The notes: a model not told the origin generated them from the sequence alone. Counted from the first letter of the stretch, positions 46,825-56,929 are shown. The stretch is 64,000 nucleotides of DNA from an uncultured Fibrobacterota bacterium (GCA_963729895.1 CAVSQB010000022.1:1-64000), one strand, 5' to 3'. Numbers and translations: made by a program.

Positions 46825-47669
46825 GGTTGAAAAATAAAAGGCTGCCTTTCGATTTGCAATGACATTTGGTGACTAATCTCTTTTGATGATGAGGTGAAAT
46901 TGGGTAGGGTTTGGCTATACCCCCGAAAACTTGCTCATTTGAGAAGGGAGTTTTCCGAGTTATTTTAAACTAACTAGGAGGACTCATGAAAGGTGCCCAG
47001 TCCGCGTAATTTGACCGGTGTATCCGGATTAATTTGACCGGACGGATGTCTTTACAGAAAGCGATTTACGGTAATAATATAAATGTTTCCATGTGTCCGG
47101 TCATTTTGCGGCGGATTTTGATTTGTTTTTTCGCATCGAGTCTCCTTCCAGGTTAAATTTTATGGCACCGTGTGTCAGGCGGTCGCAGACAGCGTCTGCC
47201 ACGGTAGGATCGGGCAGTTTCAGGTGCCATTTGTCGACCGGGAACTGAGTGGTAATGATGATGGATCCTGCCTGTTCTTTCTCTTCAATGACGTCCAGGA
47301 GCGGTCCGGAGTCGATTGATTCGATTGGCTGCATAAGAAAATCGTCGAGTATGATGACTTTGGTTTTTGCGAGCTTTTTCAGGTAACGCAGGTACATTCC
47401 GGTGCCTTTGGCGGCATGGATTTCTTCGAAGAGGATCGGGTAACGGATTTTGATTACTGAGAAGCCCATGATGCAGACTTGCAGGCCGATAGCCTCGGCC
47501 AGATACGTCTTTCCGCATCCGGTAGAGCCGGTAATAATGATGTTCTGCGAGTTGTTGATCCATGTCGCCGTGGTCAACGGCATGAGATCTTTTTTCATAA
47601 ACCCTCTGGATTGATTGTACGTGACATTTTCGAGGGTTGCCTGTTCGGGTTTGAAGTTTGCGTGGCCGA

Positions 47670-48973
47670 CGTGTTGCCTCATAATAAAAGGTAACCGAAG
47701 GGTCAGATTCGATGCCTCACAAATGAGGTAACCGTAACAAGGTTGAAAATGGTTTTGAGTTTTCTTTCGATAGTCTTTTTTAATTGGAATGGATTGAGAG
47801 CACGGTGGGTCAGTTCAAGGCTTTGCTTGACTTCTGAAGCTATGTAAGGTGATTCAACGATTCTTTGATAGGGAGTTTTCGGTTCTTCATAGGTCTTGCG
47901 GTATCGAGATCCTATCCGGATTTTAGATTTGAGTTTCAGCGATGGACAGAAGTGGTTTTGATAGAGAGACCACTCGTTGGCATAGAGGTCGTTAATGAGG
48001 GGAAGCGTGTCGGGGTTTTCGATCCGATCATAACCAAGCATGTGCCTGGCCTGCGCCCAGTTTTTCTGTTCGACATGGGCGTTGTCGTTTTTCTTGTAGG
48101 GACGTGACCGGGTGAACTTTACAGGGTCTTGTCGCACGGCGAAGTAGCGTTCGAGATGATAGTTGAGGAACTCGGACCCGTTATCACAGTCAAAGCCACG
48201 CAGGGCAAAAGGTATTCGTCGTTCGATGTCTTTAACCTGCTCAATGACACCCTGGGAGCCCTTATTCCACACAGCACGGCCTTCGGTCCAAGCAGTATGG
48301 ATGTCAGTCATGATAAGGCTCCACACAAATTCTCCGGCAAGGCTGGTGCCGCAATGGGCAACCGTATCCGCCTCCATGAATCCAGGCTGGGTAATATCCC
48401 AGTTGTCGGTACGGATGGGGATTTGATTGCGCAGCATGGAGCCGGGCTTGGTGCCGCACAATCCCTTGCCCATACGCGTACGTAAAGGGCATAGGACGCG
48501 GTCAAGCGTGGAGCGGCTGACAGAGAGGAGCCGCGCACGGACTTCCTCGGAAAGCAGTTCAAAGGATTGTTCGTAGAATGGCAGCCATACTGGAATGACA
48601 ACCTTAAGGCGGCGAGAGCACATGAAATCAGAGGCTTTCCAGATGTACTGTAACGCCTTAATAAAAAGCGGTTCAGCATATAAGGGTCTTCTTCCACGCT
48701 TGGCTTTTTGTTTCTGTTTGCGTTTTCCAAGTAGCCGGATAGCGTACTTGCGATTGTATCGGCAAATCGCACAAAACTCATCGAGAATCTGCTTTTTGCC
48801 GGCTCTGTTGGAATGGGCATATCGTTGTCGTATCGCTTCCCGATATGCTTCTTTTTCTTTGTGCCCCATAGTGGTAACCCCCTTTTTTCTTGGGTTACCT
48901 TAATTATGAGGCAACGAATCAATTGGTGCGTGTTTCGATTAAGCCTTCGGTTACATTTAATTTGAGGCAATGC
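47670..48973 (-). mobile_element. ISNCY-type DDE insertion sequence (~1.3 kb) inserted in istB
   Basis: IRs with core TTGCCTCA..GTAACCG; 5-bp TSD GCCGA (47665-47669 and 48974-48978). Confidence 0.88.
47703..48869 (-). CDS. DDE/integrase-core transposase of the ISNCY-type element
   Basis: KKQILDEFC..YNRKYAIRLL; EADTVAHCG, DCDNGSEF, RSRPYKKNDNAHVEQKN. Confidence 0.9.
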   Translation of the reverse strand: MGHKEKEAYREAIRQRYAHSNRAGKKQILDEFCAICRYNRKYAIRLLGKRKQKQKAKRGRRPLYAEPLFIKALQYIWKASDFMCSRRLKVVIPVWLPFYEQSFELLSEEVRARLLSVSRSTLDRVLCPLRTRMGKGLCGTKPGSMLRNQIPIRTDNWDITQPGFMEADTVAHCGTSLAGEFVWSLIMTDIHTAWTEGRAVWNKGSQGVIEQVKDIERRIPFALRGFDCDNGSEFLNYHLERYFAVRQDPVKFTRSRPYKKNDNAHVEQKNWAQARHMLGYDRIENPDTLPLINDLYANEWSLYQNHFCPSLKLKSKIRIGSRYRKTYEEPKTPYQRIVESPYIASEVKQSLELTHRALNPFQLKKTIERKLKTIFNLVTVTSFVRHRI

Positions 48974-49174
48974 GCCGATCATGCGGGAGAGCCTCCGGTT
49001 TTTCCGGGCATTGTATTCGTCTTCGACCAGAAGGGCGAAGAACTCCTCCGGGGCCAGATCACGGTTGTTGCCGCCGGCCAAACGTGTCTGCAATGATTCG
49101 GCCATTGCCGAGAGTCGCATGGATTTGAGCTGTTCAATGACGTTTTCGATATGCATAGAAGTTCTCTTTTCCGG

Positions 49175-50731
49175 TTACTGGTTGATGTAATACTGTGGCC
49201 CGCGTATGTTTTCATGAACCACGGGCGGTTGGCTTTGCGTGGGCAGCGGTAAAAAAGTCTGGTTGTCCAGGTGCTGCTCAAGGATTGTTTTGATGGCTTT
49301 GAGCGTTGTCGATTTGTAATAGGTAGCTCTTTGACATGCTCTTTCGAGTCTCTGCGGCGAGTATACTTTTGCCAGTCGCAAAACGCCCATGACGGCGTTA
49401 AAGCCCTGCTGAACATGGTCTCTTCGGTTCATGATCTGCCAGGCCGCTTCGGCGGTTGCCGGACCGATCTCAGTCGCTTTGGCGATGAACCACTCTTTCG
49501 ACCACCCTTTGACAAACGCATGGCTTGGCGGCATATGTTCGGTTGTCGTGGCGTATCCGAAGTTCGGCGGGCCTGCCTGATGGCGGCAGACATGGATATT
49601 GTCGTGATAGATTTCTATGATCGGGCCGATCTGATATACGTCCACGCGCTGCGTTGCAAGGTAATGCGGTACGCTGTAAAAATGATCTTCGAACCGGATG
49701 TGGTAATTATGGCCGACCAGCACGTCGAGCTTCACGAGGGATATCTTGAATGGCTCGGCAGGCAGTTGCTGGGCATAGGGCTTATCCAGCTCTTCGAAGC
49801 GCTGCCGTCTCGTCTGGCCGCCATACTCCTTCATCGGGCGGTTGTTGAGCGCTTCCAGTTCTTCCCGTATTGCGACATTGACCTCATCCAGAGAAAAGAA
49901 CTGCCGGTTGCGCAACCGAGCCAGGATAAAACGCTGGGCCTGCAAAACGGCGCTCTCCACAATGGCTTTGTCCTGAGGCTTCAGCACCCGTGCGGGAAGA
50001 AACGCCACACGATAATGATCTGCCATCTTCCCGTAAACGGGATTTGCGACCGGGTCGTACCGGTCGGATTTCTTAACCCCGCTTTTGGTATTGTCCAGAA
50101 CAAAAGCGAATGGCGCAACGCCGAAGTACTCAAGGCCGTGCACATGGGAGAGGGCAAAATCACGCGTCTTCTGGCTTTCGCTTCCTTCGGCAAACGTGAA
50201 GCTGCTGGCACCCCAGGCGCAAACAAAAAGATCGACAGCGATGATTTCCCCGGTACGGCGATCGATATACTCCAAGCCATCGCCGGAGTAATCGGAGAAC
50301 ACCTTGTCCCCGCCTTTATGGATTACCTTCATGGTAATCTCCGGCGGACGGTGCCGTGCGACATGATCGTAAAATGCCGTGCGCTTCAAACCATCGGGAT
50401 GCTGCTCGGCATATTCCTCCCACAGGCGCTGCAGCGTGACGTGTGGCCGAACGAGTTCTTTCTCAATGTATTTGACATCGGGCAGCCGAAAGGCGGGTGT
50501 GTCGTCAGGCGGCGGCACTGGTGGAAACAACGCAGCCTCAAGCGCCGTGTCCGTCAGCGTATCTGGCAGCGGCCACGGAAGCTTCGACAGTTGAAACCGC
50601 TCCAGGTAGTTTATGACGCTGCCCTTGGACAGCGATAGCGCAAGAGACGTTTGCTCCGCGCTGATGTTCTTTGATAACCGGTACTCAAGTACCTGGCGAA
50701 TCTTCCGCATAGGCGTTCTCCCTCTGCTCAT
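49175..50731 (-). CDS. istA: IS21 transposase IstA
   Basis: MRKIRQVLEYR HTH, DYSG, LDNTKSGV, PARVLKPQDKAIVE, YSVP. Confidence 0.93.
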   Translation of the reverse strand: MSRGRTPMRKIRQVLEYRLSKNISAEQTSLALSLSKGSVINYLERFQLSKLPWPLPDTLTDTALEAALFPPVPPPDDTPAFRLPDVKYIEKELVRPHVTLQRLWEEYAEQHPDGLKRTAFYDHVARHRPPEITMKVIHKGGDKVFSDYSGDGLEYIDRRTGEIIAVDLFVCAWGASSFTFAEGSESQKTRDFALSHVHGLEYFGVAPFAFVLDNTKSGVKKSDRYDPVANPVYGKMADHYRVAFLPARVLKPQDKAIVESAVLQAQRFILARLRNRQFFSLDEVNVAIREELEALNNRPMKEYGGQTRRQRFEELDKPYAQQLPAEPFKISLVKLDVLVGHNYHIRFEDHFYSVPHYLATQRVDVYQIGPIIEIYHDNIHVCRHQAGPPNFGYATTTEHMPPSHAFVKGWSKEWFIAKATEIGPATAEAAWQIMNRRDHVQQGFNAVMGVLRLAKVYSPQRLERACQRATYYKSTTLKAIKTILEQHLDNQTFLPLPTQSQPPVVHENIRGPQYYINQ

Positions 50732-50803
50732 ATCGTCTCCCTTCAATGGTGAAAAGAGACGATATAGGTGAATCCGGGAACGCTTCCTGAAAAATCATCC
50801 GTC

Positions 50804-50918
50804 CGGTCAAATAAAAGCGGATTTGCCGGTCAAATTGAACCGGATTGATCGGTCATTTTGATCCAGATTCGGCGGTCAAATTGAGGCGGATTAGTCGGTC
50901 ATTTTGGGGCGGATCAGT
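50804..50918. repeat. Five 23-bp-period repeats in the IS21 left end
   Basis: CGGTCA at 50804, 50827, 50850, 50873 and 50896; two inverted copies at the other end (~47008-47041). Confidence 0.85.
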
Positions 50919-51180
50919 CAAAAGGCAAGCGCTACAGTGAAGAGCAGATTTTTCGGATCCTGCAAGAGGGCGACCGCGGAGCCAAAGTCGCTGATCTTTG
51001 TCGTCAATATGGTATTTCAGAGAACACGTACTTCCGTTGGAAGAGCAAATACAGCGGACTTGAGCTCTCTGATCTGAAAAGGATGAAGGAGATCGAGGGC
51101 GAAAACAGCCGGCTCAAGCGGATTGTTGCAGACCAGGCACTTCAGATCGATGCAATGAAGGAAGTGCTGCAAAGAAAATA

Positions 51181-52038
51181 GTGAAGCGTCCTCAGCGTAG
51201 GCTGACTGTGGACGCACTAATGCGGCAAGGCCTGAGTCAACGGAAAGCATGCGGACTTCTGGGTATGACACCGGCAGGGTACCGCTATCGACCGCAGGAA
51301 TCGGCTTTGAACAGCGAGTTGAAAACAAAAATGCATGAAACCATTTCATCGTTCCGTTCATGGGGCTTTCCGACGCTTTATTGGTATCTCCGCAACCTTG
51401 GGTACATAGTAAATCACAAACGTGTGCATCGGCTCTACAAGGAAGAATCGCTTCAGAAAAGCAAGCGGAGGAGGCGTCAGAAACGCAATAGCCAACGGAT
51501 GCCGTTGACGCTGCCGGATCGGCCAAGCCGTCGCTGGTCAATGGATTTCATATTCGACAGTACTTCCGACAAGCGCAAGCTGAAATGCCTGAATGTTGTC
51601 GATGACTGCACCCGTGAGGCTCTTGCAATCAAGGTAGCACGTTCTATTCCAGCACTAGGAGTCTGCCAAGTTCTAGACCACCTGGTGGCCAGGTACGGAA
51701 AGCCGGAAGCTCTGTTGACTGATAACGGCCCGGAATTCCGGAGCAAAGAACTCATGCTCTGGGCAATACGAAACCAGGTAAGGCAGGAATTCATTCAGCC
51801 CGGCAAGCCCAGCCAGAATGCTTTTGTAGAATCATTCAATTCGATATTCAGGGACCAATGCTTGAATGAAAACTGGTTCATCTCATTAGAGGACGCAGAA
51901 AGAATAATCGAACATTGGAAGAACATTTACAACCGGATACGGCCACACGGATCACTAAAGGGGAAAACACCTGAAGAATACAGAGGTCAATTCAAAGAGA
52001 AAACTCCCATTTCGACTGAGAAAGTAATTGGGGTATAG
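51181..52038 (+). CDS. IS3 OrfB DDE transposase domain
   Basis: VNHKRVHRLY, WSMDF, VVDDCTRE, TDNGPEF, GKPSQNAFVESFN, RPHGSL. Confidence 0.93.
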   Translation: MKRPQRRLTVDALMRQGLSQRKACGLLGMTPAGYRYRPQESALNSELKTKMHETISSFRSWGFPTLYWYLRNLGYIVNHKRVHRLYKEESLQKSKRRRRQKRNSQRMPLTLPDRPSRRWSMDFIFDSTSDKRKLKCLNVVDDCTREALAIKVARSIPALGVCQVLDHLVARYGKPEALLTDNGPEFRSKELMLWAIRNQVRQEFIQPGKPSQNAFVESFNSIFRDQCLNENWFISLEDAERIIEHWKNIYNRIRPHGSLKGKTPEEYRGQFKEKTPISTEKVIGV

Positions 52039-52087
52039 CCAGGTTCGCGATAAGAGTTTGAAAAAACTTTTTCATGGGGCTTCAGCG

Positions 52088-52147
52088 TTAAGCGGAGCCG
52101 ACGAGGCCGTTATGGCCGGCGATGAAAATTTTAGAGGAGGGGTGCAT
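52088..52147 (-). pseudogene. Duplicated fcl 5' end ([23 protein letters not shown])
   Basis: 52098-52147 is identical to 45541-45590; the match extends to 57 bp with one mismatch, then TAA. Confidence 0.9.
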
Positions 52148-52165
52148 GAGTGTGTCCTTTGTGGA

Positions 52166-53143
52166 TCAGAAAAGAACCGTTCCGCCGCAATCACTCGACC
52201 AATCCTTGATAGCTGCGACCAAATCATACTTGAAAGAAAAACCGCTTTGAACCAAACGCCCGGACGATATATTTGTGGAATTAACAAGCTTCGCAACACG
52301 GTCCGGATGCAAACCAAGACTTCTCAAGAACGGGACATCTATTTTTTTTGCAACCGAAACAGCCATGTTGACCAGATTCTGAGGAACGCTTGCAAGCGGC
52401 ACATGGTATCCAAGCGCCACATGAAATGCATTGCACACATCTTCAAGCGTTATTTTCTCGGGGTAACAGAAATTGTACAACGAATATCCTTGCGGCTGCT
52501 CGATTTCCCGGATAATCAACCGACAAATGTCTTTGACGTAGCAGCAGGATTTGATGGTGTTCTTTCTCCCCGGATACACGAATATTCCTTTTCGTAATGC
52601 TTTGGCTATTCTTGTGAAGTTTCCCTTCTCTCCTTTGCCGAAGATCACCGCCGGCCTCAGTATGGTTAAGCGCCGGCCGGGACTTCCAAGGTACCATTCG
52701 CGATGTATGTATTCGGCTATGATCTTTGAAATCCCATACGGGATGTTGGGGCGTGTAAGCGACTCCTCGCTCTTTTCTTCTTCATCGGGACCATAGACGG
52801 AAATTGAACTGGTGAAGATGATTTTCTTGACATCGTTTTCTTGCGCAAATGTGCAAATGTTTTTTGCTCCGTTAATGTTTGTGTCGAAATATTCGCTCGT
52901 GGGATGACCGGGCGTCTTATGCACTGCGGCAAGGTTTACTATACAATCGATCCTTTCGTTTACGGCTTTGGCGGGAATGTCATTTCTAATGTCAATTTTC
53001 ACATACGAGAGCTTTCCCGATAATTCTTCGGGCTCCAGAATGTCCGCGATGAATACTCTATTGACATTCTCTTCGTCTTGAAGCCTTTTGACAAGGTGGC
53101 TGCCGACAAACCCGGAACCGCCGAAAACAACGATGTTTTTCAT
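52166..53143 (-). CDS. NAD-dependent epimerase/dehydratase
   Basis: GGSGFVG, NLAA, TSSISVYG, YGISK. Confidence 0.9.
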   Translation of the reverse strand: MKNIVVFGGSGFVGSHLVKRLQDEENVNRVFIADILEPEELSGKLSYVKIDIRNDIPAKAVNERIDCIVNLAAVHKTPGHPTSEYFDTNINGAKNICTFAQENDVKKIIFTSSISVYGPDEEEKSEESLTRPNIPYGISKIIAEYIHREWYLGSPGRRLTILRPAVIFGKGEKGNFTRIAKALRKGIFVYPGRKNTIKSCCYVKDICRLIIREIEQPQGYSLYNFCYPEKITLEDVCNAFHVALGYHVPLASVPQNLVNMAVSVAKKIDVPFLRSLGLHPDRVAKLVNSTNISSGRLVQSGFSFKYDLVAAIKDWSSDCGGTVLF

Positions 53144-53197
53144 CCAACTTCTTTCAAATCAATATGTACTTCCGGTCGGCCTGGGGATCCGGCCGCC

Positions 53198-54490
53198 TCA
53201 CTTCAATTGAGCCTTGTCAAGGGAAATATATTCCGGCGTGGAGCTCAGTGCGACGGAAAAATGGTTCTCACTGACGTTAATCGATCCCCGCTCGCCGCCG
53301 CCGTTCACAAACAAAAGGGACTGCTTTGTGGTCGGCTGCATATCGAAGCCGATTTCATGCGGTGTAGCGAGTGTCCAGGCGGCAAGCTTGGTTTCTCCCG
53401 CCTTGTTCGTGAGAACCAGGACAAAATCCGTTTTGTTTTGCGTTTCGAACTTTTTGAAGATGCGAAAGCCTGACAATTCGCCGGTGAGCGTCCGGATTGA
53501 CAGGTAGGCCGGTTTGGGGTTCAAGTCGCCGGTCACTGTTCCAAAATTGTGTTCGTTCTCGTTTGGATCTCCGCCATCGTCCTTCCAATCATACCAAATC
53601 GAGACGGGCACTCCGCAGTACAGGTTTGACAATTGTTGACGAGCGATAAAATCCGCCTGGGTTTGAAGTGAAACACCTTTTGTGTACGTTGAGTATCCCC
53701 ATTCGCCGCTTAGAATAGGCACTTCTTTCCTTTGCGGGTTGGGAGCATAGCGTGCGATAAGCTCACGCAGGCGCTTGTAATCCGCGTTTGCATTTTCGGG
53801 CGGCTCCTTTGGGGAACGATACGGATGCACGCTGACGCCGTCCAGATGTGCCAGTATGCCTGACTTCAGAAAACAATCGAGAAAGTCCCAGGGAAAACTT
53901 GCGGTCGCGGGTGCCACGATGGTTGTGCCAGGTTCCGCTTCGCGAATTGCTTTGCATGTTGCAACAGCCAGCGCGGTGTATTGTTCCACGTCCGGTTTTG
54001 GCTGCCCGAAAGTTATGTTGGGTTCGTTCCAAATCTCCCAAATTATTTGTCGGCCTTGAAAGTGGTGAGCGGCGGCGGCGGCCCATCGTGCAAAGGCGGC
54101 GATGCTGGCAGGATGTTGCGGTGAAGGCGGGGAGCCGTGTTGTTCCATCTTGCCGGTGATTGGATTCCTGGTGGCATTTACGTTCTCATAAAGGGAATTC
54201 GAGTAATCCAGGATGTAATAGGCACGAAGCCGGCGCTTGTCAAGGTTTGCCGTCAAGGTGTCGTATGACGACCAGTCGTACTTACCTTGGGTCGGCTCTG
54301 TCGCGGCCCATTCAAAATCCATGCGTACCAACTTGAACCCTGCTGCCGCGATCATATCTAGGTCGTGTTCATGACCTCGCGTAAAGTGTATGTTCACGCC
54401 ACATCCTGAAGGCAGCACGGGATCTGGAATTTGCGCGAAGGCGATACGCGTCGTGGCCAAACATATGAGGATGGAAATTGGGCGCTTCAT
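53198..54490 (-). CDS. Secreted clan GH-A glycoside hydrolase (GH5/GH39-like)
   Basis: Signal peptide; WEIWNEP (acid/base), VSVHPY, SGEWGY (nucleophile), WYDW, KPAY. Confidence 0.85.
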   Translation of the reverse strand: MKRPISILICLATTRIAFAQIPDPVLPSGCGVNIHFTRGHEHDLDMIAAAGFKLVRMDFEWAATEPTQGKYDWSSYDTLTANLDKRRLRAYYILDYSNSLYENVNATRNPITGKMEQHGSPPSPQHPASIAAFARWAAAAAHHFQGRQIIWEIWNEPNITFGQPKPDVEQYTALAVATCKAIREAEPGTTIVAPATASFPWDFLDCFLKSGILAHLDGVSVHPYRSPKEPPENANADYKRLRELIARYAPNPQRKEVPILSGEWGYSTYTKGVSLQTQADFIARQQLSNLYCGVPVSIWYDWKDDGGDPNENEHNFGTVTGDLNPKPAYLSIRTLTGELSGFRIFKKFETQNKTDFVLVLTNKAGETKLAAWTLATPHEIGFDMQPTTKQSLLFVNGGGERGSINVSENHFSVALSSTPEYISLDKAQLK

Positions 54491-54616
54491 GTGCACGTGT
54501 GTTCCAAGAAGCCACGCCCGGGTTGTTGTTTTGAAGCGTGACGTGCCGACGATTGGAGGTAAGCTCCCGGCGCGGAAATTGGCAATTCATGTTCTGCAGA
54601 AAAGGTCATCGCATGT

Positions 54617-55780
54617 CTACCGATACACCGGAGGCCCGTTCTTGTTGAAATCTTCAGTCATTTCGTCAATCAACGTACTTATTCTGGCGCTGAACCGCTT
54701 TTCATCAAATTTCTCTGCATGCTGTCTAATTGTAAGGGGGTTTATTCGCGCCTCAACTTGTGATTCAAAGGCGTTTACGGCGTGAATAATGGAATCGGGG
54801 GTCTGCGATTGAAAGAATACTCCTGTGTTCTTTTGGGGATCAAACGCAGCGCATTCATTTGATGGTATTCCTCGCACGGTGTCAAGAACACCACCCTTTC
54901 CGAAAGCAATGACCGGCCGACCGCATGCCTGGGCTTCGAGTGGCGTGATTCCATAATCCTCAATTCCTGGAAACAACAACGCCCTACAGTTTTGGAAAAA
55001 ACGGACTTTTTGTTTCTCATCCGCCCAGCCCGCAAATTCAATGTTTTTTCCTGCTCTTTTTCTCAGCGTTTTTTCAAGCGGACCAGATCCGACAATCGCC
55101 AATTTTTTGCCCGGCATTTCGTTAAACGCATCCACAAGAAGATCAATCCGCTTATAGGGAACAAGTTGCCCCAGAGTCAAATAAAAGTCTTCAGGCTTAC
55201 CGATACTGAACTGGTCCAAGTTGATGGGAGGATGAGCGACAACGGCCTTCCGGCGATAAACCTTTGCGATTCTCTTTGCCACATAATTCGAATTTGCAAT
55301 AAAATAGTCGACCCTGTTTGCCGCGACAGAATCCCATTGCCGATACGCATGGAGAAAAATACGCGCCAATTGAGTCTTCAGCTTGCCAAGCCCGGCGTTG
55401 TCAAGATATTCAAAATAACGATCCCACACGTACCGGGGCGGAGTATGGCAGTAACAAATATGGCAACTCTCCGGGGAGGTCATGACGCCTTTCATCGATA
55501 TGGTATCCGAGCTGATGATTAATTCGTAGCCGGTTACGTCAAACTGCTCGGTAACAAAAGGGAAGAACATAAACATATTTGTGTAGTTCTTGCGAAGCAG
55601 GGAAAACCGGTTCAATCCTGAAGCAACTACGGAATGCCTATTTATGCGCTCGGAAACGCGCGCCTTTTCATAAAACAGAGTGAAAACGTCCGCGTCGGGG
55701 AAAAGGTCGCAAAAGATCTCAAATACTTTTTCTCCACCCCGCATACCGTTGAGCCAATGGTGTAAAAGGGCGGTCTTCAT
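54617..55780 (-). CDS. Glycosyltransferase family 4
   Basis: HHWLNGMRGGEKV, YCHTPPRY, EDYGITPLEAQACG. Confidence 0.92.
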   Translation of the reverse strand: MKTALLHHWLNGMRGGEKVFEIFCDLFPDADVFTLFYEKARVSERINRHSVVASGLNRFSLLRKNYTNMFMFFPFVTEQFDVTGYELIISSDTISMKGVMTSPESCHICYCHTPPRYVWDRYFEYLDNAGLGKLKTQLARIFLHAYRQWDSVAANRVDYFIANSNYVAKRIAKVYRRKAVVAHPPINLDQFSIGKPEDFYLTLGQLVPYKRIDLLVDAFNEMPGKKLAIVGSGPLEKTLRKRAGKNIEFAGWADEKQKVRFFQNCRALLFPGIEDYGITPLEAQACGRPVIAFGKGGVLDTVRGIPSNECAAFDPQKNTGVFFQSQTPDSIIHAVNAFESQVEARINPLTIRQHAEKFDEKRFSARISTLIDEMTEDFNKNGPPVYR

Positions 55781-55801
55781 GCGGCATTCCCTTGATGATT
55801 C

Positions 55802-56929
55802 TCAAGCATGTTTTTCATTCCAAATGTGCACCAAGGCTTCTGCATGAATTCTCCAATCGAACTTCTGTGAATGGCGGTATCCTTTTTCTTCCAGTTCAAG
55901 CCTAAGCCCCGTTTCGCGGAAGAGTTTCCTGATGCCGCTCGAGATGCTTTCAACACTTAAAGGATCAACATAAAGGGCCGCATCACCGCAGTATTCGCGA
56001 ACAACAGGAATATCTGAAGCCAAAACCGCTTTCCTGCAGGCCATGGCTTCCAGTGGGGTCAGGCCGGCTCCTTCAAAAATTGAGACAAAGACATAGAATT
56101 CCGCCTTCTTCAGTAATGCTATGTACAAATCGTCGGCTGGAAAATTTACTATTTTGATCCGGTCGCGAATTGCTTCCTCCTCGATCGCAGCAATCAAGTC
56201 GTCGTAACCATCTGATTTTTTTCCGCAAATATATAAATCAAGACTGACATCGGAATGTTTCATCGCTCTAACCAATCGGCAATAGTTTTTCCGGTGCTCT
56301 ATGGAAGAAAGCGCGACAATGAATGGCCTCGGTATGTCCATATTGTTGGCTGTTAATGTCCTGGATGCTTCCTCATCACTTATGGGGCGGAAAAGCGAAC
56401 GGTTTACCGAATTTAATGACACCGTAATTTTCTTTCTGCTTACTTTGGTGATAGTAATGATATCCTTGCGGCTCGCTTCCGAAACCGTCACGATCCTTTT
56501 CGACACCTTCACGGAAATAAGCAGTAACATTTTCAAGAAACAATTTTTATACCACTTGTTGGTTCTTGTTTTCCAGCGCGCCATATCATGGATGGTGATG
56601 GTGTTGAGTCCTAAGAGCGCGATGGGCGCAATGTTGTTGGTGCTGTGCACAATGTTTAGCCCTTTTGTCAATTTGACCGCAATGATGTAGAAAGGCAAAA
56701 CCAACTGTTCCACGACGCGCCTTGCAATAACGTTTTCCGCCGCCGGCACTCTTAGATAAATAAATCGCGGCGAATCAACGAAAAACTCCGATTCTTGGTA
56801 TGACGGCAGAAAGATGAAATAGAAGTTCCTTTTGTCGATTTCAGAAAGCGCTTTGAGAACTTCATAGGCATAGCGACCGGTTCCCGCCTTGAATTTGCTT
56901 TCACCCATCAGGTTTATTCCGATGTTCAT
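55802..56929 (-). CDS. Glycosyltransferase family 4
   Basis: GTGRY, TIHD, TVSE, RKN, EGAGLTPLEAMAC, SDIP. Confidence 0.9.
   Translation of the reverse strand: MNIGINLMGESKFKAGTGRYAYEVLKALSEIDKRNFYFIFLPSYQESEFFVDSPRFIYLRVPAAENVIARRVVEQLVLPFYIIAVKLTKGLNIVHSTNNIAPIALLGLNTITIHDMARWKTRTNKWYKNCFLKMLLLISVKVSKRIVTVSEASRKDIITITKVSRKKITVSLNSVNRSLFRPISDEEASRTLTANNMDIPRPFIVALSSIEHRKNYCRLVRAMKHSDVSLDLYICGKKSDGYDDLIAAIEEEAIRDRIKIVNFPADDLYIALLKKAEFYVFVSIFEGAGLTPLEAMACRKAVLASDIPVVREYCGDAALYVDPLSVESISSGIRKLFRETGLRLELEEKGYRHSQKFDWRIHAEALVHIWNEKHA

Larger units (their letters stand above)
47101..49156 (-). pseudogene. istB: IS21 helper ATPase IstB, interrupted (49156-48979 joined to 47669-47101; 248 aa when rejoined)
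   Basis: MHIENVIEQLKSMRL..RMIG joins HANFKPEQATLE; GSTGCGKT, IILDDF, ADAVCDRL. Confidence 0.9.
46994..50920 (-). mobile_element. IS21-family element (2618 bp once the inner IS is removed)
   Basis: TG..CA ends; 5-bp TSD AAAGG (46989-46993 and 50921-50925); istA-istB; repeated subterminal CGGTCA motifs. Confidence 0.93.
46986..51181 (+). pseudogene. IS3 orfA split by IS21 (46986-46993 joined to 50926-51181; 87 aa when rejoined)
   Basis: AGGAGG RBS; rejoined sequence MKGKRYSEEQIFRILQEG..CRQYGISENTYFRWKSKY..ENSRLKRIVAD. Confidence 0.9.
46912..52041 (+). mobile_element. IS3-family element (1198 bp once the IS21 is removed)
   Basis: Imperfect IRs starting TGGCTATACCCC at both ends; 4-bp TSD GGTT (46908-46911 and 52042-52045). 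Confidence 0.93.

Noticed and set aside
48308..49156. 282-aa ORF as an intact gene
   Set aside because: It is the istB 5' end reading through into the inserted IS
50804..50918. Regularly spaced repeats resembling a mini-CRISPR
   Set aside because: 23-bp period with no unique spacers and no cas genes; they are IS21 terminal binding sites
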